Source: Eubacteriales bacterium (GTDB lineage Bacteria; Bacillota; Clostridia; Oscillospirales; CAG-272). From it: 64,000 bases of DNA. Shown here piece after piece: positions 1 to 8,029 of the stretch. The stretch is from positions 146,000 to 209,999 of the forward strand of contig JAZLLY010000016.1 of assembly GCA_045598385.1 (NCBI GenBank). Reading direction: 5' to 3'. The translations under genes were made by a program, and so were the position numbers. How positions within the stretch are numbered: the first letter of the stretch is position 1; each line of letters opens with the position of its first letter. The notes beneath the pieces are model-generated. The model was not told the origin of the DNA, did not search any database, and saw nothing but the letters and a program-made list of their open reading frames with translations.

Positions 1-1988
1 CACGTCGGATAATGACTGCAAGCGTAAAACGTGCCGAATTTACCGCGCCGCACGACCATATCGGCACCGCAGAGTTCGCAGGTGAAGCCGGCGAGTTCGA
101 CTTTCGCCTCTTCTTTCACGACGGGGTTTCCGTTTTTATCAATGGCTTTCGTGTTCCGGCAGGCGGGATAGTTCGGACAAGCGAGAAACTTACCGAAACG
201 CCCGTTTTTATAGATCATGCGGGAACCGCATTTTTCACAGATAACGTCACTTTCTTCGGCAGGGATCACGATCTCTTTCGGAGAATCGGCGTTATTCGCT
301 TTCTCGACGTTTTTCTCAAAATCGGCGTAAAAATCCGTGAGGACCGAGTTAAGACTGTTGGTCTTGTTTTCGATCGAGTCGAGTTTGTCTTCCATTTCCG
401 CGGTGAAATCGTAATCAATGATGTCCGGGAAATGGTCTCTCATGAATTGCGTCGTCACTTCTCCGAGCGGCGTGGCGACAAGGCATTTTCCGTCGCGTTT
501 CACATAGTTACGCGAGAGGATGATGGATATGATCTGCGCGTAGGTTGAGGGGCGTCCGATGCCGTTTTCCTCAAAGAATTTGACGAGCGACGCTTCCGTG
601 AAACGTGCGGGCGGCTCCGTGAAATGCTGTTCTCCGAGAATATCGGCAGAAGCGAGCACCTGATCTACCTCCAGCACGGGAAGACGTGCGTAGCTCTCAG
701 CATCCGTCGTGTCCTCGTCGCTGTTGTCGTAAATCGCCGTATAACCGCGGAAAACGACCGCATATCCGGCAATTCTGAATACGTAACCGGCATTTTCAAT
801 ATCCGCGGAAACGGTATCGAGCACGGCGGCAGCCATCTGACTCGCGATAAAACGCTCCCAGATGAGTTTGTAAAGTCTGTACTGTTCCCCCGAAAGGAAC
901 TTACGTACCGTTTTGGGTTCCAGCGTCAATTCCGAGGGACGGATCGCCTCATGCGCGTCCTGCGCATTGGCGTTACTCTTGTAATGCCTGATATTTTTGG
1001 GAGCACATTCCGCACCGTAGTTATCGACGATAAACTGACGCGCGGCATCCTGTGCCGAAGACGCGATACGAAGGGAATCCGTACGCATATACGTGATAAG
1101 ACCGTGAAAACCGCCGAGCTCCGCACCGAGATTGATGCCGTCATACAACTCCTGCGCGACCTTCATGGTTCTCTGGGTCTGGAATCCGAGTTTTTTTGCC
1201 GCCTCCTGCTGAAGCGTAGAGGTGGTGAACGGCGGCGCCGGTAATTTCTGACGTTGCTGATGCTTGACGGAAAGAACGGTAAACTGTCCGTTTCTTACGG
1301 CATCGCAAATCATATTTGCGGTCTTTTCGTCCGGGATCTTCATTTTCCCTTTACGGTTGCCGTAGAATTTAGCTTCCAGTTTCTCACCGGCAGGATCGTG
1401 CAATACGGCGCTGACCGTCCAGTATTCGCGCGGGACGAATGCCCGGATCTCAGCTTCTCTGTCGGCGATCAGACGCGTGGCGACGGACTGTACTCTTCCG
1501 CCGGACAAGCCGCCCTTGACGTGCTTCCAAAGCAGAGGACTGAGTTTGAAACCGACAAGGCGGTCAAGTATTCTTCTCGCCTGTTGAGAATTGACAAGGT
1601 CTTCGTTGATGGCGCGGGGATGCTTGATAGCTTCTTTGACTGCCGTTTTGGTGATCTCGTTGAACGTGACGCGGCAGGGGGTATCTTTCGGAATACCGAG
1701 TTCTTCCGCAATATGCCAGGAAATGGCTTCTCCCTCACGGTCAGGGTCGGTCGCGAGATATATTCTGGAAGCCGCTTTCGCTTCTTTTTTCAGTTCACGG
1801 ATGATATCGCCTTTTCCGCGGATATTGATATAATGCGGTGCAAAACCGTTGTCGATATCAATACCGATCGAACTTTTCGGGAGATCTCTGATGTGTCCCT
1901 GAGAAGCGATAACCTTATAACCGGATCCGAGATAACTTTTGATCGTGTTTGCTTTGGAGGGAGATTCAACGATAACTAAATTTGCCAT
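1..1988 (-). CDS. topA: DNA topoisomerase I (N-terminal approx 660 aa; the 3' end of the gene runs off the left window edge)
   Basis: Absent from the ORF track because it is open at the window edge. The reverse complement from ATG 1988..1986 reads MANLVIVESPSKANTIKSYLGSGYKVIASQGHIRDLPKSSIGIDIDNGFAPHYINIRGKGDIIRELKKEAKAASRIYLATDPDREGEAISWH, the Toprim N-terminus of bacterial TopA. The plus-strand ORFs at 12..1979 are its antisense shadows. The dprA-topA order matches Bacillus. Confidence 0.93.
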   Translation of the reverse strand, partial: MANLVIVESPSKANTIKSYLGSGYKVIASQGHIRDLPKSSIGIDIDNGFAPHYINIRGKGDIIRELKKEAKAASRIYLATDPDREGEAISWHIAEELGIPKDTPCRVTFNEITKTAVKEAIKHPRAINEDLVNSQQARRILDRLVGFKLSPLLWKHVKGGLSGGRVQSVATRLIADREAEIRAFVPREYWTVSAVLHDPAGEKLEAKFYGNRKGKMKIPDEKTANMICDAVRNGQFTVLSVKHQQRQKLPAPPFTTSTLQQEAAKKLGFQTQRTMKVAQELYDGINLGAELGGFHGLITYMRTDSLRIASSAQDAARQFIVDNYGAECAPKNIRHYKSNANAQDAHEAIRPSELTLEPKTVRKFLSGEQYRLYKLIWERFIASQMAAAVLDTVSADIENAGYVFRIAGYAVVFRGYTAIYDNSDEDTTDAESYARLPVLEVDQVLASADILGEQHFTEPPARFTEASLVKFFEENGIGRPSTYAQIISIILSRNYVKRDGKCLVATPLGEVTTQFMRDHFPDIIDYDFTAEMEDKLDSIENKTNSLNSVLTDFYADFEKNVEKANNADSPKEIVIPAEESDVICEKCGSRMIYKNGRFGKFLACPNYPACRNTKAIDKNGNPVVKEEAKVELAGFTCELCGADMVVRRGKFGTFYACSHYPT

Positions 1989-2025
1989 GGACTAAGCGGC
2001 ACTCTGCCGCACCTTTCTGTGTAGT

Positions 2026-3270
2026 CTATAAACGGGAAACCCGATCGCCGGGCAACATGACGATCAGCTTTGCGATCTCAAGCTGAAGCAAAGCTTTCAT
2101 AACCTCGCGGATACCGACGGTATCGTCTGCGAGATCTTCTATCGCTATGTCGCCCTCTTCGGGAATACCGGAAAATACGTTCTTTGCGGTTTCGGAAAGC
2201 GAAAGCGTTTCAATATCGGGTTTTTGGTCCTTTTCACTTTCCGGCTGTGTTTTCTGCTTTTCTTTTTTTCTTTGAAAAAGGGGTTTTATCCGTTCAAATA
2301 TCCGGTGAGAGCTGTCGCGTACGCCGAGTGACGAAAGCGTCCCGTTCATCGTGACGGACACTCTGTCGTTGAGCGCAAACGGATTGACGATCCCGGTATA
2401 AACGAATTCAAAATCCCTGATGATATCGTCGGCACTCATCACGGCTTTGGCGCCGTTTTTCAATAGCAGATTCGTGACCTGACTCATTTCTCGGTCGATA
2501 TTGCCGGGGAGCGCGTAAACGGTTTTTCCCTGGGAAAAAGCGTGGCGGGCGGTAATAAGCGACCCGCTCTTCTCTTTTCCCTCGATCACGAGAACGCAGG
2601 CGGAAAGTCCGCTGATCAAACGGTTTCGTGCGGGAAAATGGTAGGAAAGCGGCGGCGTTCCCGGTGCGTATTCCGTCAGGATACAACCGTTTTTCACCAG
2701 TTCTTTCGCCAAATCCCGGTGTTCCGTCGGATAGCAGATGTCAATCCCGCATCCGAGAAACGAGACCGTCGGTTTTTCAATCGCGGCGGCAGCGGCGAGA
2801 GAAACGCCGTCGATACCGAGCGCAAGCCCGGAGATCAGAGTCGCTCCGGCTTTTGCGAGATCCAAAGAAATATAGAATGCGGATTTCTTTCCATAGTCCG
2901 TCATTCGGCGCGAGCCGACGACAGCGACGGGAAAAATCGCGGAAAAATCGGGGAGAACCCCACGGTAATATAAAAGGACCGGCGGTGTGGGAATGTTTTT
3001 CAGCGCCACCGGAAAACGAGGATCGGAAAACGTCAGGATTCCGACGTCTTTTTCCCGGCAAAAAGCGAGAACGTCATCCGCCGGTGCAAGGTCTTTATCT
3101 GCCAATCTCACGACGTCTTTCGTGTCGGAGCCGATCGCGTGCCGAATCTCATCCTCCGTCAAAGCGTAAATGTCTTCGACGGAACCGTATTTTTCAAACA
3201 GTCGGATAAACGTTTTACTGTTCGGCGTACAGGCAAGCGATAACCAAACGAAATATCGTAAAGTATCCAC
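2026..3270 (-). CDS. dprA: DNA processing protein DprA (Smf)
   Basis: The ORF 2026..3378 contains VAVVGSRRMTDYGK, ISGLALGIDG, CGIDICYP, FPARNRLISGLS and GSLITARHA, the DprA Rossmann core. I trimmed the start to GTG 3270 (VDTLRYFVW), 2 nt after the upstream stop; the longer Arg-rich N-terminus overlaps the previous gene. Confidence 0.9.
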   Translation of the reverse strand: MDTLRYFVWLSLACTPNSKTFIRLFEKYGSVEDIYALTEDEIRHAIGSDTKDVVRLADKDLAPADDVLAFCREKDVGILTFSDPRFPVALKNIPTPPVLLYYRGVLPDFSAIFPVAVVGSRRMTDYGKKSAFYISLDLAKAGATLISGLALGIDGVSLAAAAAIEKPTVSFLGCGIDICYPTEHRDLAKELVKNGCILTEYAPGTPPLSYHFPARNRLISGLSACVLVIEGKEKSGSLITARHAFSQGKTVYALPGNIDREMSQVTNLLLKNGAKAVMSADDIIRDFEFVYTGIVNPFALNDRVSVTMNGTLSSLGVRDSSHRIFERIKPLFQRKKEKQKTQPESEKDQKPDIETLSLSETAKNVFSGIPEEGDIAIEDLADDTVGIREVMKALLQLEIAKLIVMLPGDRVSRL

Positions 3271-3272
3271 AA

Positions 3273-4112
3273 TTATCCCTCGATACGTTTTTGTTCCCAC
3301 ATGAATACAGCGGCGGCGACCGACGCGTTCAGAGACTCGATGCCGTCTGCGATCGGAATATAGACGCTCGCCGTACATAACGAGGAGATCGAAGGATCGA
3401 TCCCGTGGCCCTCGTTTCCGATCACGAAAATATCATCCTGCCGAAGCGAACAATCCGCCAGCGAAACGGCATCTTTCCGTAATTCGGCGGCATAGACGCG
3501 TCTTCCCGCCTCCCGAGCCGCTCTGACGAATGACCCGAAGTCCTTCACAACGGTGATCCGGACGTGAAAAAGACTCGCCATGGAAGCGCGGACACATTTC
3601 GGATGATAAACGTCAGCACAGTCGGAAGACAACACGATATGACCGACGCCGAACGCCGCGGCACTCCTGATGACCGCGCCGATATTCAACGGATCGCGCA
3701 AAGAAGAAAGCGCAAGAATCCTATTATGGAAGACAGTTTCAAAAACTTCCTTATTTATTATATCCGTTTCGCGGTAAAAGTCAAGATATTTTATCACACT
3801 TGTAACGCCTTGGGGCGCTTTTTCCGTGGATATTTTTTCAAAAACCTCTGACGTGAGCGTGATTACTTCCGTCTTTTCAAACGCGGGATCGTCACGGTAA
3901 GGCGCAAGAAGGGAAAGCACAACGTCCTTTTTGCTTTCTTCCGAAAACAGATATTGAACAGGCAAGCGCAAGCGAAGTGCTTCCTCCGTCAGTTTCACAC
4001 CCTCCGCCAAAAAAGCACGTGCTTCTGCCCTGCCTTTCGTGGCGGAAAGAGACGCCGCCCGTTTTACCGTCGGATTCTGTCTGCTCGTAATGATCTCTTC
4101 CCTTATAATCAT
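3273..4112 (-). CDS. TrmH/SpoU-family RNA 2'-O-methyltransferase
   Basis: 279 aa. The C-terminal SpoU fold motifs are present (LNIGAVIRSAAAFGV, FVIGNEGHGI, IPIADGIESLNASVAAAV). RBS is GGAGGATTT before the ATG. Confidence 0.85.
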   Translation of the reverse strand: MIIREEIITSRQNPTVKRAASLSATKGRAEARAFLAEGVKLTEEALRLRLPVQYLFSEESKKDVVLSLLAPYRDDPAFEKTEVITLTSEVFEKISTEKAPQGVTSVIKYLDFYRETDIINKEVFETVFHNRILALSSLRDPLNIGAVIRSAAAFGVGHIVLSSDCADVYHPKCVRASMASLFHVRITVVKDFGSFVRAAREAGRRVYAAELRKDAVSLADCSLRQDDIFVIGNEGHGIDPSISSLCTASVYIPIADGIESLNASVAAAVFMWEQKRIEG

Positions 4113-4129
4113 AAATCCTCCAGGAATTG

Positions 4130-4158
4130 AAAAAAACCGTTTCCGAAATCGGAAACGG
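4130..4158 (-). terminator. Rho-independent terminator after rplT
   Basis: The minus strand reads CCGTTTCCG-ATTT-CGGAAACGG (9-bp perfect stem, 4137..4158) followed by TTTTTTT (plus-strand A-run 4130..4136). It lies 9 nt after the rplT stop and only 18 nt before the next start codon. Confidence 0.7.
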
Positions 4159-4166
4159 AAATTTTC

Positions 4167-4526
4167 TTATTTGTTGAGTGCTTTGGTTGCTTTTTCGCAA
4201 AGAACGGCGAATGCCTCTTTGTCGGCAACGGCGATCTCGGCGAGCATCTTACGGTTGAGGTCAACACCGGCAACTTTCAGACCATGCATCAGCGTGGAAT
4301 AATTCAGACCGTTCACTTTGGCCTGTGCGGAGATACGCGCGATCCAAAGTTTACGGAAATCTCTTTTCTTGAGTTTACGGCCGGCAAAAGCGTAATTACC
4401 GCTCTTGAGGACGGCTTCTTTCGCCATTCTGAAATGTTTGGACTTGGCACCCCAGTATCCTTTCGCTGCTTTCAGAACGCTCTTTCTTCTTTTGCGCGTC
4501 ATCATCGCGCCCTTAATTCTTGCCAT
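4167..4526 (-). CDS. rplT: 50S ribosomal protein L20
   Basis: [65 protein letters not shown] is a full-length bL20 sequence; a GGAGG RBS is present. Confidence 0.97.
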   Translation of the reverse strand: MARIKGAMMTRKRRKSVLKAAKGYWGAKSKHFRMAKEAVLKSGNYAFAGRKLKKRDFRKLWIARISAQAKVNGLNYSTLMHGLKVAGVDLNRKMLAEIAVADKEAFAVLCEKATKALNK

Positions 4527-4549
4527 TTGTCTTTACCTCCGACTCTTTC

Positions 4550-4744
4550 TTACTTCTGGATGAGAGTTCTGTAAGTAGGTGCAAAGCTTTCGCTCATGAT
4601 GGCACCCTTGCGCAGACCTCTTTTACGCTTGGAAGTTTTAATACCGAGATTGTGACGGTGGTTGTTATGGGACATTTTCACTTTTCCGCTTCCCGTAAGA
4701 GAAAATCTCTTTGCAGCGGCTTTACGCGTTTTGATTTTTCCCAT
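4550..4744 (-). CDS. rpmI: 50S ribosomal protein L35
   Basis: From the internal ATG at 4744 the protein reads MGKIKTRKAAAKRFSLTGSGKVKMSHNNHRHNLGIKTSKRKR, which is bL35. The RBS AAAGGAG lies 7 nt upstream. The track ORF extends further 5' without support. Confidence 0.93.
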   Translation of the reverse strand: MGKIKTRKAAAKRFSLTGSGKVKMSHNNHRHNLGIKTSKRKRGLRKGAIMSESFAPTYRTLIQK

Positions 4745-4819
4745 GGTGTTACTCCTTTTCTTTTTGGGTTTTCCCCATTTTATCATAAGATCCGAACGTC
4801 GGAAGATTATAATACGAGA

Positions 4820-5356
4820 TTACTTTTTATCCGGTTTGACGGGTGAAACGATGACGGACATGAATCTGCCGTCAAGCGCAGGCTTTTTATCGGCGTTTCC
4901 GACACCCGAGCAAGCTTCGAGAAACTTCTCGATGACTTCTCTGCCGAGTTCGGTATGCGTCATTTCTCTTCCGCGGAACCTGACGACGGCGCGGACCTTG
5001 TTACCCTCTGCGAGAAATTTCTTCGCCTGATTGACACGGGTATCAAAATCGTGCTGTTCGATGCGGCAGGAAAGCTGCACTTCTTTCACTTTGACAATAA
5101 CCTGTTTTTTCTTGGCTTCTTTCTCACGCTTATCCCGTTCAAAACAGAACTTACCGTAATCGATAGCGCGGCAAACGGGGGGCGTCGCCGTCGGAACGAT
5201 CAGGACAAGATCGACACCGTGATTGTAAGCGAAAGCGCGAGCGTCTGCGATCTTCATGATACCGAGCTGTTCGTTGTCGGGTCCGATAACTCTGACCTCT
5301 TCCGCTTTGATTTCCTCGTTGAGCAACAAAGCCTTGGCGTTATTGTTCGTGCTAAT
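4820..5356 (-). CDS. infC: Translation initiation factor IF-3, with ATT start codon
   Basis: ISTNNNAKALLLNEEIKAEEVRVIGPDNEQLGIMKIADARAFAYNHGVDLVLI...VKEVQLSCRIEQHDFDTRVNQAKKFLAEGNKVRAVVRFRGRE is IF-3. The minus strand reads GGAGGTG-TACGGTC-ATT AGC ACG, so the well-spaced start after the SD is ATT at 5356. The upstream ATG of the track ORF has no RBS. Confidence 0.92.
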   Translation of the reverse strand: MSTNNNAKALLLNEEIKAEEVRVIGPDNEQLGIMKIADARAFAYNHGVDLVLIVPTATPPVCRAIDYGKFCFERDKREKEAKKKQVIVKVKEVQLSCRIEQHDFDTRVNQAKKFLAEGNKVRAVVRFRGREMTHTELGREVIEKFLEACSGVGNADKKPALDGRFMSVIVSPVKPDKK

Positions 5357-5506
5357 GACCGTACACCTCCGAAAAATAAAAAATGCATACAGAATCATCC
5401 GTACGCACCCAAAAATCCCCCTTGCGGGGAAAGGTATTTACCATACGCACCTCGTGGTATGGTGAGAACGGAAATTCTGCTTGTTTTTAGAGGTCTTGCC
5501 TCTTTC
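5357..5506 (-). ncRNA. Structured 5' leader of the infC-rpmI-rplT operon (candidate L20 leader / attenuator)
   Basis: About 150 nt lie between the promoter and the infC SD. Hairpins seen: ACCATAC-N10-GTATGGT (approx 5440..5463) and TTCCCC-GCAA-GGGGGA followed by TTTTT (approx 5413..5435, terminator-like). The position matches the Firmicute L20-leader autoregulatory element. No covariance model was run. Confidence 0.45.
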
Positions 5507-5512
5507 CCGTAC

Positions 5513-5541
5513 ATCATACCACGTTTTTTTTGCATTGTCAA
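5513..5541 (-). promoter_or_regulatory. Sigma-A type promoter of the infC operon
   Basis: The minus strand reads TTGACA (5541..5536), a 17-nt spacer, then TATGAT (5518..5513), with TGG immediately upstream (extended -10). Confidence 0.6.
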
Positions 5542-5560
5542 GACTTTTTTCGGGGATTTT

Positions 5561-6244
5561 TCAGATTTTTTCCTCGATTTTGTGTTTCAGTCCTGCCATG
5601 ATCTTTTTTTCCAGGCGGGAAATGTAACTTTGAGAGATGCCCATGATATCCGCGACTTCCTTTTGCGTAAGTTCGGGATTTCCGTTCAGTCCGAAACGCA
5701 TCTCGATGATGATTTTTTCCCGTTCATTCAGTTTCTTTACCGCTTCTCTGACGATTCGCCGTTCTTCATCCTCTTCCATTTCGTGAGACACGCTGTCGAC
5801 GTCGCTTCCGAGAATATCCGAAAGCAAAAGTTCATTTCCGTCGTAATCCACACTCAGCGGCTCATCAATAGAGATCTCTTTCTTTCGCGACGCGCCTTTC
5901 CGTAAAAACATAAGGATCTCGTTTTCGATGCACCTCGAAGCGTACGTCGCGAGTTTCACGTTTTTATCCGCATTGAAAGAATCCACGGCTTTCATCAATC
6001 CGACGCTTCCGATTGATATCAGTTCCTCAATATTCGCACCGGTATTTTCAAACTTCTTGGCGACGTAAACCACAAGGCGGAGATTATGTTCGATCAGGGC
6101 GTTATGACAATGGGACTCCTCCATGTGCGTGACACAGTATTCTTCTTCGTCCGCCGTCAACGGTTCCGGCAAGACGTCGCTTCCGTTTATATAATAAACC
6201 TCGGCCTTGTTCTTTGCAAAGAAGACCTTGATCCTCCAGATCAT
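5561..6244 (-). CDS. sigE: Sporulation sigma factor sigma-E (pro-sigma-E)
   Basis: VYYINGSDVLPEPLTADEE, LIEHNLRLVVYVAKKFENTGANIEELISIGSVGLMKAVDSFN, KLATYASRCIENEILMFLR and ADIMGISQSYISRLEKK closely parallel B. subtilis SigE. It lies directly downstream of spoIIGA. I chose the ATG at 6244 (14 nt after the spoIIGA stop, preceded by GGAGGAGA); the alternative ATG at 6283 would overlap spoIIGA. Confidence 0.9.
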   Translation of the reverse strand: MIWRIKVFFAKNKAEVYYINGSDVLPEPLTADEEEYCVTHMEESHCHNALIEHNLRLVVYVAKKFENTGANIEELISIGSVGLMKAVDSFNADKNVKLATYASRCIENEILMFLRKGASRKKEISIDEPLSVDYDGNELLLSDILGSDVDSVSHEMEEDEERRIVREAVKKLNEREKIIIEMRFGLNGNPELTQKEVADIMGISQSYISRLEKKIMAGLKHKIEEKI

Positions 6245-6257
6245 TCTCCTCCATTTT

Positions 6258-7109
6258 CTACGTAACGTCCGCGATCGCGGCATACGGCAAGAGCGACTCG
6301 AATCCGCCATAATTTCCACCCTCCTTATCATAAGCGATCAATAATGATATTTCCTGTTCCCCGTGTTCATCTTTCAGCGTAACCCGGTCGGGCTTCCAGG
6401 CGTAAAGCAGATGTGCTTTTCCTTTTTGCCGGAAAGGGACGATCCTGACCTTCTTCCGTATCTCGGACGGACAATCGAAAAAAGAGTCTCCGTTTGGCGG
6501 TGTCGGGAAAACACCCCGACGCCCCGTCAGCATAACGGGCGTTCCCGACATGGGATCGCAGAGCAAATTTCCGCTATCGATCAGCGCAACCGTAGAATAG
6601 TCTTTTCCGAGGAAAGAAAAGCAAACCGTTTTTGACATGGTATCGACCGTTTTCGACATCCCCGCTTTCATCAGTTTTACGATCCCGATACCGAAGAGGA
6701 TCAGCGCCGCCGCCAGAATATAATTTCTGTTTTCCGCCGGACTGTCCTGCCGGATGGCGGACAAAAGACGGCTTTGGGCAAAAAGACTGTACAAATAATA
6801 AGTCATACCGGCGAGTAAGGTCTCGAACACGAGAAAGAAAAAACAAAAACGCAATCGCCTGGAGAAAGAACATTTTTTAACGACGACGGTTGCCATCAAC
6901 GCCATCGTCAGAAACGCAAGGGCGAATACGATCCCTATCCTCCCGGATATAAAAACGCAGAAAACCGAATAAGCCGCGGCGAGGATACCGCAAAAGACGA
7001 GACGGAAAAATCTTGTCGGGATCTTCACAACACAAAGCGAAAAATAAACGGCAAGAAGATCCACGGAAAAATTCAAGAGGAAGTAAACGTCGATGTAAAG
7101 AGTTTTCAT
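6258..7109 (-). CDS. spoIIGA: Sigma-E processing peptidase SpoIIGA
   Basis: 283 aa. The N-terminal half has five hydrophobic helices. The C-terminal half carries ALIDSGNLLCDPMSGTPVML, the DSGN aspartic-protease motif of SpoIIGA. It sits immediately upstream of sigE. Confidence 0.9.
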   Translation of the reverse strand: MKTLYIDVYFLLNFSVDLLAVYFSLCVVKIPTRFFRLVFCGILAAAYSVFCVFISGRIGIVFALAFLTMALMATVVVKKCSFSRRLRFCFFFLVFETLLAGMTYYLYSLFAQSRLLSAIRQDSPAENRNYILAAALILFGIGIVKLMKAGMSKTVDTMSKTVCFSFLGKDYSTVALIDSGNLLCDPMSGTPVMLTGRRGVFPTPPNGDSFFDCPSEIRKKVRIVPFRQKGKAHLLYAWKPDRVTLKDEHGEQEISLLIAYDKEGGNYGGFESLLPYAAIADVT

Positions 7110-7131
7110 ACGCCGTCCTCCTTTTATCGGT

Positions 7132-7165
7132 ATTGTATCACCGACGGAAAGCGAAATATGTCGAA
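7132..7165 (-). promoter_or_regulatory. spoIIG-type promoter with Spo0A box
   Basis: The minus strand reads TTCGACA (the complement of the 0A box TGTCGAA at 7159..7165), whose TCGACA serves as a -35-like hexamer. A 21-nt spacer follows, then TACAAT (7137..7132) and AAAGGAGG-N6-ATG of spoIIGA. Confidence 0.5.
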
Positions 7166-7175
7166 TTCCGTAAAA

Positions 7176-7212
7176 CGAAAAAATCCCCCGAAAAACTTTT
7201 GCTTTCCGGGAG
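7176..7212 (-). terminator. Candidate terminator after rpe
   Basis: The minus strand reads CTCCCG-N16-CGGGGG (6 bp including one G-U) followed by ATTTTTTCGTTTT. The loop is large, so confidence is only moderate. Confidence 0.4.
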
Positions 7213-7246
7213 ATTGAACTTCAATTTGAATATTGAATAAAATGGG

Positions 7247-7894
7247 TTACGAAAGACGCAAATCGTCGATGGCTTTTTTCATATCGGGTTTACCGAATAC
7301 CGCGCTGCCGGCGACGAGAATATCGGCGCCTGCGTCGATCGCCGCCTTTGCGGTTTCGCTGTTGATACCGCCGTCAACTTCGATCTTTACGGAAAGATTC
7401 CGGCGCTCGATTTCCCTCTTCAGGAGCGTAACTTTCGCGAGGGTTTCCGGGATCAGTTTCTGCCCGCCGTAACCGGGTTCCACCGTCATGACAAGAACCA
7501 TGTCGCAAAGGTCAAGATAGGGAAAAACCGCCTCCGCAGGGGTCGCCGGCTTAATGGATACTGCCGAAAGTTTTTTCTTATTTTTTATCATTTTGAGTGC
7601 ATTTTCAACGTCATCGGTTGCCTCAAGATGAAAAGTGATAAGATCGGCGCCGGCATCGGCAAAACGCTCGATATGCTTCTGTGGCTCCACGATCATGAGA
7701 TGCACGTCAAAGAAAAGATCGTTAACTTTCCGGATCGCAGAAACGATCGGCATCCCAAACGAGATATTCGGGACAAAACGTCCGTCCATGACGTCGATAT
7801 GCGCCATATCGGCGCCCGCTTTTTTCAGATTTTCCATTTCCTCTGCCATGTGGCAGAAATCGCAGGACAAAATCGACGGGGATATTTTAACCAT
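7247..7894 (-). CDS. rpe: Ribulose-phosphate 3-epimerase
   Basis: MVKISPSILSCDF...HIDVMDGRFVPNISFG...DVHLMIV...VLVMTVEPGYGGQKLIP...EVDGGIN is the full-length Rpe signature. Confidence 0.95.
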   Translation of the reverse strand: MVKISPSILSCDFCHMAEEMENLKKAGADMAHIDVMDGRFVPNISFGMPIVSAIRKVNDLFFDVHLMIVEPQKHIERFADAGADLITFHLEATDDVENALKMIKNKKKLSAVSIKPATPAEAVFPYLDLCDMVLVMTVEPGYGGQKLIPETLAKVTLLKREIERRNLSVKIEVDGGINSETAKAAIDAGADILVAGSAVFGKPDMKKAIDDLRLS

Positions 7895-8029
7895 AGCTGC
7901 CTCTTTAATTAAACAATTTTATTTTTTTGCATAAAATGCGGATAGGATGAAAGACCGAAAAACCGGGTGCCGAAATATAACGTCAAGGATGTCTCATGAT
8001 TCACCGCGGTATCGGTCATCCCATACGTG

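Noticed and set aside
12-1979. Three plus-strand ORFs (178, 206 and 241 aa) covering the left end of the window
   Set aside because: They lie antisense to an uninterrupted minus-strand frame that encodes an unmistakable topoisomerase I N-terminus. Their translations are Arg/Gly/Phe-rich with no family resemblance.
1989-2025. Hairpin GCGGCA-CTC-TGCCGC between dprA and topA as a terminator
   Set aside because: No T-run follows it on the minus strand, and the topA ATG is 8 nt downstream. It is more likely a neutral or translational-coupling structure.
2026-3378. Long N-terminal extensions in track ORFs (dprA 3378, MurE-like 44300, ATP-grasp 45514, secA 45715, AraC 28380, rpmI 4786, trmL 45843)
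   Set aside because: The extensions overlap upstream or divergent genes, are Arg-rich read-through of non-coding frames, and lack an RBS. Internal starts with GGAGG-type sites match the family N-termini.
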